From Octopus vulgaris (Eukaryota), in the NCBI GenBank assembly GCA_951406725.2, contig OX597822.1, forward strand, positions 7,316,001 to 7,380,000: a DNA stretch of 64,000 nt, written 5' to 3'. The notes below the pieces were generated by a model. It saw only the letters and a program-made list of their open reading frames with translations. It was not told the origin of the DNA and did not search any database. A program made the translations under genes and the position numbers. This document shows, piece by piece, positions 14,514 through 27,291 of this stretch. The first letter of the stretch is position 1. Every line of letters begins with the position of its first letter.

Positions 14514-14720
14514 AATTATAAATAAGGGCAAAATAAAGAAATTTTCTCTGCTAACGTACTAAAAAAACAGATCGTAGATCGTCTAACCACATTCAATATT
14601 TGACACTATAAATACATGGTGTGTATTTATAGTGTAAGGCATTGAATGCGATTGGACGGTCTAAGGTCTATTTTTCAGCATATTGGTATAGAAATTTATC
14701 TTATGCTCTTATTCATAATT
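14514..14720. repeat. ~205-bp imperfect palindrome
   Basis: Arms of ~100 bp centred on ACACTATAAATACA-TGGTG-TGTATTTATAGTGT; mismatches are mostly transitions. Confidence 0.8.
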
Positions 14721-14732
14721 GCCTATATATAT

Positions 14733-15268
<536 letters not shown>

Positions 15269-17084
15269 TAAGTCCAAATCACAAAGAGTACAAACGGCAG
15301 AGAAAATTAAAGGAGTGGAAAGAAAGACATTATAAGTCCCACAGCTGGTTTTGGGGACTCGGCGATCCATAGTAACGTTGTTAGATTTAGTCCATCACAA
15401 AATGGGGCCGTATGGATGCATCTAACATAGAGACGAGCCTCTGTCATCATGGAAGAGAATATCATACATTTCAGATGTTTATGCAGGGAATTCGTAGATG
15501 GGAAGGGGTGTGATAGGGGGAGACAGGGAGAGTTGGTGATGAGTGAAATGTGTAATTTTTTCCTCTCGTTTACTTAGCCTATCTCTAATGCTGTCACGTG
15601 ATTAGTTGAAGGGAAAGGCGAAGAGCGAAAAACGAAAGAGAAAATGGAGGGTAAAGCGAAAAGTGCGAGAGAAAGAAGGAGAGTGTTGCGTGTTAAATCA
15701 ATAAAACTATGCATAAAGTATATACTTTGTATATATACAGTGCATTAAGTAATCATCGTATTCCAATTACCTTCAATTTTCCATGATTAACAGGTGAGCA
15801 ACTATCTCTTGGTAGAGAAAGAACATACGCTACGCTTTGAGGTGTTTTGGATAAGGCTTCGTGAAATGACCCAATAAGTTTACCATTATTTCCGCGAAAC
15901 ATTCACGGGTCCCATTATTAAATAAATAAACTATAGCAGTTAGCGTAAGAGTAAGGTTAAGAGTATATGCATAAAAGTACACAAATCCAAATTATAGGAC
16001 TACCTTCCATTGGCACAACTAATATTGTAAGGTTTAGACATGATTCTGAAATAGGGTGCTGGATTAAGTTATTCAAGTTATGAGTGAAGGCATGAAACGA
16101 AAGCATAATTAAATAAAATCAAAGCAAAACCAAAGCAAGAAATAATAACATGAAATGAAAATAAAAATGGAAAAGTAAGAGAATTCATATAGGAAAATTT
16201 TAGAAAATGGACATCGTATCTCCATATTAAATGCATTGAAAGCACACGGAAAAATTCAGGCAGTTAAGAAAGTTAACAAATATCATTTAATCTAAAATGC
16301 ATTATCTAGGCTATTGGGCAAGGTATGTGATCGGGTGTTATCATATCCATTTGCTTACAAGAGTAGTCAGCGAGGGTATGATCTAAAGCTTTGTCAAACA
16401 AATGTTTAAGTCATGCCACTAGTTCCTGCCTTTTATACAGTAAATATTAACAATAACACCTTTTAGCGAAGGTATAAACCTAGCATTCCTTACGCATGCC
16501 TCAATAATGAGCGCTTAACGTTATACTCTTTAATATTTATATATACATGCCTTCATAAATACCTATGTATATATCTATGTATCTAACTACGTGTCTGTCT
16601 GACTCTCTGCGTATCTATTTATCTATGTGTGTGTATTGTTTAACGTGTGTGTGTGTGTCTGTGTGTGTTTGTGTGTGTGCGCGCTACTGCTCATTGCTTA
16701 TCTATTTTGCTTAAATGAATACTAATGAAATTTTTAAGTAAAAGCGAGAATTTCCTTTTTGATGTTAAGTCCATGTAATGTCCCTTTAAAACGACAGAAA
16801 TTAATCCAAGGCTTATTCGACTACTTTTTTCTATCTCCTCGAGTCTCGAAACAGCCAATTGTAATTTGTTAATATTTAGTCCAATAATATCCTGTATATA
16901 TCAGATATATAATCTTAGTAAATTATTCCAACCGTGTCTTCTCAGTCGCAACGTAAAGATACAGATTTCGTTTGTATCTTTAGTAAATGACATACATTCA
17001 TTTACAGGAATTAGTTTTGGCTCACAATAGATCGTTGGTTGATGAATCTATTGGTGAGATCCCTCATCGATGGTTTATGTTTGT

Positions 17085-17450
17085 ATTGAAACGAGGACGA
17101 CCTTCATTATGACGGTGATGATAAGTATGATTCGGAGGATGAGGTGACGAAGATGAGGATTTCCATCATTGTAGTGATCAGGATAACCACGGCTGTGCTT
17201 AGAGAAGCTGTTGTTGTTTGCTAGGAAGTCGATACCAGGGGCATGCTATAAATGATGTGGTGATGAATTTGATAATGGCGATGATATATCGATGACCATG
17301 ATGAAGATGATGAAAATGATGATGACAACAATGTTGACGACAACAACGACGACGACAATGATGACGATGACGGCGACGATGAGGGTTACGTCGCAGACGA
17401 CAAGTGCAACGAGGAAGACGGAGAAGAAGGGGACGATGACTATGATGATC
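17085..17450. repeat. degenerate (GAT/GAC)n low-complexity tract
   Basis: Direct reading; homologous flank to 7690-7972. Confidence 0.75.
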
Positions 17451-19620
17451 CTGTTAAGATTTCACAACACATTTCGGAGATTATAACTGCTTTCAAACTT
17501 AGGTTGCTTCCTCATTTACTGGAGACATTTTCGAATTTCGATGCCAACTACCCAAAGTTTGAAATAAAAGAATAACTAAACAATGAGGAATATCATAATA
17601 TAAACGATAAAAAAACATGTGCTTAAATTATTGAAAATCCATTTCAACAGCGCATAAGAAAAACGGTATATTTTTATTCTATAATTCAGCTTCATAATAC
17701 ATGCCATAACACATGTTTCGAGCCTCATTTCGAGTGACTTCATATTTGTTGTTTTATTTCTCGATGATTTCAATGTATCTTCTGCAATTTCTACCTGCAT
17801 TTTTAAAAGATATCACTTATTTAATTCTTAGGACATTATTCTATTGTGGTTTCATTTCGTTTCTTTCCAAAAATGCACAAATTATTTATAGGAAATTTGG
17901 TTCTTTAAATAAGTGATAAATAACTCGCAGCGACGAAAATATATTTCGTGATTTTCTGTCTAATATTTAACAATCTGGATACATATTTTTAGAAGTATAT
18001 TCCCTCATCACACTGTATGTCTCAAGTTGTGTACTCTTACAATAAACGATTTACTTCTTACAACCTCATCCAATCGTTCATAGCGACTCAACAAATGACG
18101 AAATCTATACAGGGCGGTTCGACATACTACATGCAGTAGCTAAGTATCATTGGAATCAGCCTTCAAAATGAGGACCAGTTAGATAAACGTGCTTTTTGGT
18201 TCCCTACTCAGAGGAAATACAGTGGTCTTTCACCACTGGAATACTTTCTATAATAGATCGAATTGGTGTGATGAAATGGAATTTACCAACCTAAGACAAC
18301 AACAGCAAATTACAACGCAATCACTCCTATTCTACATGTTTGACACATATACATCTAAATTCCACCACAGATCACATCTCATCTTTTGAAGAATAGGCTG
18401 AATATGTTGCGAAGAATAATTGTTCCCTATCTTAAAATGGCGAAGTATTGAGTTTAAGGATTGTTATGTCTAACCCGACACCAGTTTACCATCACTAGGT
18501 TGTATGTGCATTTGGAACTACAGATGAAACTGTGCTGTACGAACTGGATTACTTAAAATGCCATTTTCTAAAGTTCTCGCCAATATACACCCAGTGCACA
18601 ATCTCACTATTTGTCTGCGAATACAACGAAACTGATTGACATCAGTGGCCATTAGCCTATTAGATTGAGACTCTGTATATGGTTTGGTGACTACCTTTAT
18701 ATCCATTTTCCAAGTGCACACCTACACTTATACAAAATTTATCTTCTTAATATTATCGATGTAGTGGTTCCATATATTGTTCTGCCTTCTATAGATAAAT
18801 CCTTGTTGATTTTGAGCAATTATTGCTCCTGCACAGCTCTTCGTAATAACATAGGCGCTTTATATTGGTTCCTGCGTAAGACGTAGATATGTCTTAATAT
18901 CATATTATCGGTTGTCCATTATTTAGTTTACATAGAAATGCGACGTTCCGAAAACTATGAATTTGCTTACGCAAAGTACAGTTTGGATTGCCCGGAACTT
19001 AGCTCTAGATACCTGGTTTCTACACATACTTTTCTGCTGTTTCTACAGTTTTTTTTGTATACTTTCACAAGAAGCCTTATCGGTCTATTTCTCATTGAGA
19101 TTGCAGATCTCTCTGGTTGTATAATCGTCTCTGTCATTGAGGTTTATCATCAATGGCTATGATATGAAGATATCTTGCTTTTCGTTCTCTTTTTATTCAA
19201 CAGTGTTTCTGATTGTAGAAAGTTACTCAGAAGAGGCTGTACGCGTTCCAGCAAGATTCTGTTCCTTCTCGTGCAACATGGACAACATTGGCGTGATGGC
19301 TGCACATTTTTTATGATCAAGTTTCTTTTCAAATTTTATCTTCTTAGATCGCCGATTTAAATCATTTGGAGTAATATTTCGGGGGCGTCCTTGATACCAA
19401 CAACAATGCCCACAATAACAAGGACTAATTGATGTCTGCTACTGAAATCGTTTGTTGAAGACGAGAAAAGATTACGTCATTAACGCAAGTACTTGTTAGA
19501 AGATGGGTCAAGGCAAAAATCGAGGATGATGACGGTTATATTGAATTCCTATAGGCATGCTTTTCTAACATAATATGTACAACATTCCATAAAAACATTA
19601 TACATTTTCTAATAAATATT

Positions 19621-20141
19621 TTGACAAGGGACAAAAATCCCGAAACTAGTCCGAGCGTATCACTCAGGCTTGCGAGGAAGGGATGGCCTCCCTTTGCAAA
19701 TACTTCAAGGGCACTGATATGGTGTCTAAAGCCAGCTAGAGACGACGATCTCTTGGGGCTTTGATGCTACAGTAACACCCCCTCCCCTTTGTGGTTAGCC
19801 ATGATAAGATGGCTTCTATACTTTACATTATCGAGCGATTACTGTTTCAACTCATTCTGAGATTTAATTATGTTTGCTGTCAGTTTTTCGAAATCAGTGG
19901 CAGACGCCACTAGAAAAACTCTTATGTATTTTGCAAGGAGGCCTTCACTTTCATCGCAACCTGGTGGTTACCGCCCGTTGACAAGGGACAAAAATCCCGA
20001 AACTAGTCCGAGCGTATCACTCAGGCTTGCGAGGAAGGGATGGCCTCCCTTTGCAAATACTTCAAGGGCACTGATATGGTATCTAAAGCCAGCTAGAGAC
20101 GACGATCTCATGGGGCTATAAGATGTCTTCTATACTTTACA
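19621..20141 (+). repeat. 357-bp-period direct repeat with Helitron-related internal sequence
   Basis: 19621-19760 is nearly identical to 19978-20117; 19766-19828 matches the reverse complement of Helitron segment 33541-33600. Confidence 0.8.
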
Positions 20142-20374
20142 ATAAATATTTTGTTTTTTAAAGTAAAGTTTCGTTCTGAAGTACCTAACCCACGTTTCTG
20201 CGTGGGTTCTTTTGATGATGGTATTTGTTAAGGCTTTTAAATTTTTTATGTCGAGCAAATAGAATGATTGTGTAACAGAGAAACATGAACACACTTATAA
20301 TGCAAATCAAAAACAGCTGTAAGTCAAAGATATACAAAGAAAGAAATATGAAAAGACCATTATCAATATGTTCA

Positions 20375-20670
20375 TCGTGCATGGCCTGGTGGTTAGCGTG
20401 TTGCACTAATGATCACGAGATTGTGGTTTCAATACTTAGAGTGAGATGTGCGTTGAGTTCTTCAGCAAAACACTACATCTCACGCTGCTGTACGATCACC
20501 TCAACATCTGAGACGTGGCACATTATACAACTGTTCAGGCAACATCGGCTTCATAGAGGAAGCGAGCTAATTACAGCACATGCATTTGATGAATACGAAC
20601 AAATAATTTCTGCAGGTGTTTCGGCAAAAATCTGAGCTCTAATAAGTTGATCTCGATGGGAGAGTCGATA
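20375..20670 (+). mobile_element. degenerate tRNA-derived SINE, family D-like
   Basis: ATGGCCTGGTGGTTAGCGTGTTGCACTAATGATCACGAGATTGTGGTTTCAAT head, then a CORE-like stretch. Confidence 0.6.
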
Positions 20671-20682
20671 ATATATAAATAT

Positions 20683-20887
20683 TCTTTTCTACTCTAAGCA
20701 CAAGGCCCAAATTTTTTCAGGAGGTGCCAGTCGATTAGATCAACCCCAGTGCGCAGCTGGTACTTAATTTATCTAACCCGAACGATGAAAGGCAAAGTTG
20801 ACCTCGGAGGAATTTGAAATCAGAACGTAAAGACAGACGGAATACCGCTAAGCGTTCGCCCGGCGTGCAAACATTTCTGCCAGATAG
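20683..20887 (-). mobile_element. SINE family A
   Basis: ACCCCAGTGCGCAGCTGGTACTT...GGCAAAGTTGACCTCGG...TTTCTGCCAG matches the other copies. Confidence 0.85.
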
Positions 20888-21120
20888 CCGTATTTATTTA
20901 TATACATATATTCATAAATTACCATATATCACACGTGTAGTATATCATACCTTGATGCTGTGTGGACTACGATCCCTATTGACAGGCTTCTGGTATTTAT
21001 GGAGTATTAAATACTTTCGGTTTGCTAGTTAGGGACTACTTCATAGAGTAACTGCTGAATTTGTTGAGTATATAAACGGTTGGATGATAGTGCTCTAGGG
21101 ACTGTCATAACGATATAGAC

Positions 21121-21160
21121 GCCTCTGATGAGAACACAATAAGGTTCGAACATCGATTAC
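21121..21160 (+). ncRNA. degenerate hammerhead-like motif
   Basis: CTGATGA-GAAC-ACAATAAG-GTTC-GAAC; perfect stem II, one A of GAAA missing, stem I unclear. Confidence 0.45.
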
Positions 21161-21459
21161 GATTGCTCATTTCTTCAGTCTGCGTAGTAATGGCTAATAT
21201 TTGCCCTGCCCTGTTTATAATTATACCGTAAATTATATATATGTATATATATGTATATGTATGCATGTGTGTGCATCTTTATTTTTTGTAGTTAGATCGT
21301 ATGTGATCTTCTTCTAGCGTATTGGTTATCCACCTAGTGGTATATCCCTATATATACACATGTATTGAATTTTTTTCTGATTTTTCAGATTTTTTATATA
21401 TGCGAGGCTACTGGATTTAAATTGATATTAATTAAATCAATATTCAGTTTATCTATCTC

Positions 21460-21516
<57 letters not shown>

Positions 21517-21806
21517 AGTTTTAGTATCCAGAAGATCCAAAAGACAAGTAGGGCTACGAAGGTGCTACAGAAGGACCGCTGTTAGACTCCCGGTTCGATA
21601 ATTGCATGATTGAGGAGTCTAAATTGAGTCGTATGTGAGCGTCTATAGGTTAAACAAAATGGGACAACCAAGCCAATCCAGTGTGAAAATTCCAAGGACA
21701 CTTCATAAAGAGAAGCTTAGTCTTGGATTGCCAATTATATGACTCTATTTAATTTATTCTCTCTCTCTACACACATACACACACACACACGCACACACAC
21801 ACACAT

Positions 21807-21858
<52 letters not shown>

Positions 21859-21859
21859 G

Positions 21860-22088
21860 CGGCGAGGTGGCAGAAATGTTAGCACGCCGGCCGAAATGCT
21901 TAGCAGTATTTCGTCTGTCGTTAAGTTCTGAGTTCAAATTCCGCCGAGGTCGACTTTGCCTTTCATCCTTTCGGGGTCGATAAACAAAGTACCGGTTTCG
22001 CACTGGGGTCGATGTAATCGACTTAATCCCTTTGCCTGTCCTAGTTTGTCTCCTCTATATTTAGTCCCTTGTGGGCAATAAAGAAATA
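21860..22088 (+). mobile_element. SINE family A, full length
   Basis: GGCGAGGTGGCAGAAATGTTAGC, B-box GAGTTCAAATTCC, Meta-like GTCGACTTTGCCTTTCATCCTTTCGGGGTCGATAAA, A-rich end. Confidence 0.9.
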
Positions 22089-22937
22089 TATATGTATATA
22101 TAATATAACATAAACAATTATTAACAAAACACATAATGCCAGCAATTTGTTTCGACTTATATACATTTTTTGATATATGAACAGTTCCCTTATCTAAGCC
22201 TTGATTTCTTAGTAAATATGTTCTGTCTCGTGCGTCTAATAATGCTGCAATGTTTATTTTTTGTTTTTACTTTTTGTAGTATTTATATAGTAGTTATATC
22301 ATTTGCATACATATGTATACGTGTAGGTCAGTGCGCGCGTGCACGTGCTTCCTTGTGCCTATGTGCGTACATTTATCAGATATATATATATATTTATTCG
22401 TATGCGTATTTATGCTCAACAGTATGCGAATCGTACACTTCTATTAAGCGTACGCATAATTTTCTGGTTGAGCCCATTCAGCATATTCTGATAACGAACA
22501 TTAAGCAAAACACAAGTTCCTTTCTCCATGGAAGCTATTCCTAAAACTTCACTGATATCTACCTCAAGTGTCTACTTCTGGAAACAGATATTTTCATTAA
22601 AATAAGATGGAGTGTATACCTGGATGGAAATATCCTGCAAAATTCCTAAGAATGAATACGCATAAAATCTATTGGGTTTTGCTGAACATACTACTTTAAA
22701 ATTCGAACATGAGTTACCGTTGGTGATAAAAACATGAAATATGGCAGGTATATTAATCTGTTCGAAAAATATAGACACACTAAAATTGTCAGATTTTCAA
22801 AGTGGGAATATCTAAATTTAGTTACGAATTACACAAATGCAACAGTAGTTCTCGCTGTTTCTTTTTTTAATGTATCACTATAGCCATTCCGACGAGAAAA
22901 TAATTTATCATACAATTGTAAATGACATAACTACTAT

Positions 22938-23287
22938 GCTGACTGCTGCTGCTGAGACCCCCTTTGGTCATGACTGACCATGGGATTGCTCCTAGAAAGT
23001 TACTCTCCCAGGCACAAGTCCGGGTAAGGTTGTTTATCGAAGACCAGCAGTGGGCCATGCATACCGGCCTCCCCTCTCCACGCCGCCAGTATTATCCAAG
23101 GGAAAAGCAAAGGCTGATACATTTTGGCACCTGTGATGTCGCAACTCATTTCTACAGCTGAATGAACAGGAGCAACGTGGAATAAAGTGTCTTGCTCAAG
23201 AACACAACACGCAGCCCGGTCCGGGATTCGAACTCACAACCTCATGATCGTAAGCTCGACGTTCTAACCACTGAGCCATGCACCTTC
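22938..23287 (-). mobile_element. tRNA-derived CORE-like SINE (family D head) with 13-bp TSD
   Basis: Head TGGCTCAGTGGTTAGAACG...GAGTTCGAATCCCGG; TSD ACATAACTACTAT at 22925-22937 and 23288-23300. Confidence 0.88.
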
Positions 23288-25666
23288 ACATAACTACTAT
23301 ATAAATACTACACAATTAAAACCAAGAAATGAACATTGCAGCAACACTAGGCGCACGAGACAGAAAATATGTGCTAATTGATCAAGGATCCTACTTCTGG
23401 ACTAAAAGACTTGGTATAAGACTTTATCAGTCTTGCTTCTCGCTGCGCTTGGTACCATCAGAAAGCAGATGTTCAGTTCTGTCATTCAGGAAATTTTATT
23501 CAGTTCCTCTTACCTCTTTAACACTAAACTAACACTTTCATCAATTTGTTCCAGTAGAATAATATGCACGTCCCATTGACGTATCGATATTACACACCAG
23601 TATCCTTCTGTTGTTCCGCCCGTTACTATAGCAGCTACGAAGAGCATCAACACGTGGAAAATTGTGAAACCCATCTATATCGGTTGCTTACAGGCGAGGA
23701 AACCAATTCCATTTTACGACAAAACTATGCATCTACAGAATGAAATAAAACACAAATTTCGTTGTCAAGGGTACTGGAGAGAAGTACTTTTGTCGGTGTG
23801 TAATATTTTACACTTACAATTTGGAAACGTCTCTGTTCCTGCGGAACAGTTTTAACTTAAGAGCCAGCGATCGATTCCAGAGGGATCTCCAAGTTTCCTT
23901 CACGAACCTTGATTTTCCATTACAGTTGACCGCCGTCTACAGATAGTAGATATCGAGTGTTTAAATATTAATCTAGGAGTAGATTATACTTAATTTCTCT
24001 GTACAAAAAGGGAGAAGAAATAATGCGAAACATTTACAGTAATATGAGGTGTGTTCAGAAGGTATTAATCTTTATTTTCCCACACCAAATCTAGTGCCGA
24101 CTTGGCGAATTTTTTGGTTGAATGGAGACGCCTGTCTTCCTGCGATTATGCAAAACGTTTGGTGCCGACATGCTGCGTTAGTTTCCGGCTGCTACGCCTG
24201 GACTAAGGTGGTATAGTGAGTGGTGTGTACAGTATGCGTAGAGAAATTAATCTAATAAAATATTAGATTCTTATATCGTTTCTTTAAATTGCGTATCAAT
24301 AATCTATAGAGGTACATGTAGAACGAGACAAATTCACGATACATTGAAAGCCACTTCTGCGAGGTGTCGTTAATGTATCAGGTGACTGTCCTGGAGAAGA
24401 AACCTTTCTCCTGTATCAAGCATAAATGCTATATAGAAGGAGTGTGTTCACCGTTTCATCTGTCTTTATTACAGATAAATCTCGGCAACGTTTATTCCGA
24501 AACAGATCTCGGCAACGTTTATTCCGAAACTTCTGATCAATGACTTGTGCATAAAAAACATGTTTCATCAATGAGCCATGAATAGCTGTTCGTTCTAGCA
24601 TTCCTATGTGCTTTCATGTGTAAATATAGGAAGGAGGAGAAAGGGACAATGATACAAAGGACTAAATATATAAACCTTAAAACTTGTACTTTAAACTAAG
24701 TGAAATAAAACGTGCGACTGATAATGCTTCCACATGTCTTGACCATATTAGATTGCCATATTTATATACAAGGACACAAGGATCCGACCAAATGTTTTGG
24801 CACATAGAAAGTAAATTAAATTAAAATGAACATTTCATAGTTTTAAAAGAAGTAAAAGAGATCAACATATTCTTCATTATATTTCAGTGTTATATAAATA
24901 CAATTACGTTTACGTATTAAGAATGATGTTATATATAGCAATAGAGTCCAGAAAAAGGAATAAAGTACAATTTACATAGGTTTTTAAAATATGATTTATA
25001 TTATTTCCTCCAGGCTGATAATTTACAAGTAAATATCATACTACAGTCTGTAGGCTATAAAAAACAAAACAAGCTGTTTAACTTCTATATCCTTAATTCG
25101 CTCGATATGTGACTTGTTCACTTTATACCTTATAAGGTAGAGGACATATAGTACAATTAATGGTGTCTTCCATAATGCAAATATATTTCACTAAGCAAAT
25201 AACAATTTGTAAAAGAGTAATTTAGTAACTTATTGATTGTCAAACTTTATAGAAATAACTCTGTCTTTTAGAATAAATATATAGTACAAGTGAAACTGAA
25301 GGATTTATTGTATGTGATGTTACTTTATAAATTTGGCTTATACTTAAACCATTACGTATATACTTACAAAAGTACGTTATAGAGTATTAGTGTAAATCTC
25401 CTTGGCATTATACGCATAAAAGTCGATTGGTGAGAGATTAGTTACAGTATTAATTTACCGATGGTGTATCATTAATTCCGCATAATGTTTTAGAGGCGTG
25501 TGAATTATGAATTAAATCAATATCTCCCTTAGGACTATTTAGCAGTTAAAAGTCCATGTAAAACGCTGTTAATTTAATCTGGTTACTAATATGTCTGACA
25601 CTAATACTACACAATTTAGTTCAGCAGATCTCATCGCGTTAAGTTAAACAATATACTTCAATTTTT

Positions 25667-26050
25667 GGGAGGCGCAATGACCCAGTGGTTAGGGCAGCGG
25701 ACTCGCGGTCGTAGGATCGCGGTTTCGATTCCCAGACCGGGCGTTGTGAGTGTTTATTGAGCGAAAACACCTAAAGCTCCACGAGGCTCCGGCAGGGATA
25801 GTGGTGATCCCTGCTGTACTCTTTCACCACAACTTTTTCTCACTCTTACTTCCTGTTTCTGTTGTACCTATTTCAAGGGGCCGGCCTTGTCACTCTCTGT
25901 GTCACGCTGAATATCCCCGGGAACTACGTTAAGGGTACACGTGTCTGTGGAGTGCTCAGCCACTTACACGTTAATTTCACGAGCAGGCTGTTCCGTTGAT
26001 CGGATCAACCGGAACCTTCGTCGTCGTAATCGACGGTGTGCTTCCTCCAC
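25667..26050 (+). mobile_element. tRNA-derived SINE family C with 12-bp TSD
   Basis: GGAGGCGCAATGACCCAGTGGTTAGGGCAGCGGACTCGCGG...GTTTCGATTCC; TSD ACTTCAATTTTT at 25655-25666 and 26051-26062. Confidence 0.9.
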
Positions 26051-26203
26051 ACTTCAATTTTTATATACTCGTTTATGAAAACTTCATATTTAACTACTGT
26101 CAACAAAATATGGTTAGGGGATATAAAATGCAGCACTATTTTTAATATGTTTTCTTGGGGTGGGGGTGTTCTAGTCAAAGCATTAAATATATTAAAGGTA
26201 AAC

Positions 26204-26531
26204 GGCGGCGAGCTTGGCAGAAACGTTAGAACACTGGGTGAAATACGTAGCCGTATTTCGCCTGCCGCTACGTTCTGAGTTCAAATTCCGCCGAGGTCGA
26301 CTTTGGAGGCGGCAAGCTGGCAGAAACGTTAGCGCGCCGGGCGAAATGCTTAGCGGTATTTCGTCTGCCGCTACGTTCTGAGTTCAAATTCCGCCGAGGT
26401 CGACTTTCATCCTCTCGGGATCGATATATAAAGTACCAATTATGCACTGAGGTCGATGTAATCGACTTAATCCCTTTGTCTGTCCTAGTTTATCCCCTCT
26501 ATGTTTAGCCTCTTGTGGGTAGTAAAGAAAT
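26204..26531 (+). mobile_element. SINE family A with duplicated head inside one 17-bp TSD
   Basis: Partial copy 26204-26304, then full copy from 26308; TSD ATATATTAAAGGTAAAC at 26187-26203 and 26532-26548. Confidence 0.9.
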
Positions 26532-27211
26532 ATATATTAAAGGTAAACGGTACGTGCCTCAGATAGGTACACATATTGAAGATCGCAGTACAACTGTAAA
26601 TTGATGTACGAAATACAATTTGTTTAAATGGAATTTAAAAGTTGAAATTTAAGTACATAACTACAGGGAATATCACCCAAGTTCAAAGGTATCAGTAATA
26701 TAACATCATCAAAAAACATTTCCAGCAAGTAAGGGGAAAATAGCACCTATTCCTCCGTCTGCTACCCATCTAAAGCCTTGCTTCATCCACACCATATATT
26801 TCTCCCAACTTCGTACTTTTTAATATGCTTTTGGTTTTTCTTGCATGCTTTTCATTTATTTCTATATTTGCCAGTCGAGTACGGTTAACACTACATAAAA
26901 ATGCCTGCAATCTTTTCTCATTCAATCTTCGTGCTTTCAGTTTATCCACTTGCACCCTCACTCCTGTTGATTAATCCCTATGCCCTCATCTTGCGGACAT
27001 CCGTCTTTTTTTTATACTCAGTCTCTAATTTGTATTCATTCTAATTCACTTTTGCGTGAAATCATAATAAACGATCCACATTTTCAGATGTCAGTTTATG
27101 AATGCCATGTTAATTAGAAAACTGTTTATGTGAAAGATATATTTCAAGAGTGGTCCAGTTTTATTCCATTGATTTGCAATGTTTCAGCTGAGGAAACACC
27201 TCGGATAGATG

Positions 27212-27291
27212 TACGTGTTTATTAACCTACGTGTTTATTAACCTACGTGTTTATTAACCTACGTGTTTATTAACCTACGTGTTTATTAACC
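27212..27291. repeat. 16-bp minisatellite x5 (TACGTGTTTATTAACC)
   Basis: Five perfect head-to-tail units with no spacers. Confidence 0.95.

Noticed and set aside
23692-23732. Possible 41-bp minus-strand exon (TTTCATTCTGTAG...GTAAGC; MHSFVVKWNWFPR)
   Set aside because: Isolated splice-like signals are expected by chance; no recognisable peptide or partner exons; RNA-seq would be needed
24044-24240. Mariner-like TIR (TATGAGGTGTGTTCAGAA)
   Set aside because: No matching second TIR or transposase sequence found
25668-25745. tRNA genes (also 39251, 45653, 62094, 11805)
   Set aside because: A/B boxes are present, but each continues into a SINE body and tail, often with a TSD; no closed acceptor stem
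27212-27291. Short direct repeats as a possible CRISPR array
   Set aside because: 16-bp units are head-to-tail with no spacers; eukaryotic context; no cas genes
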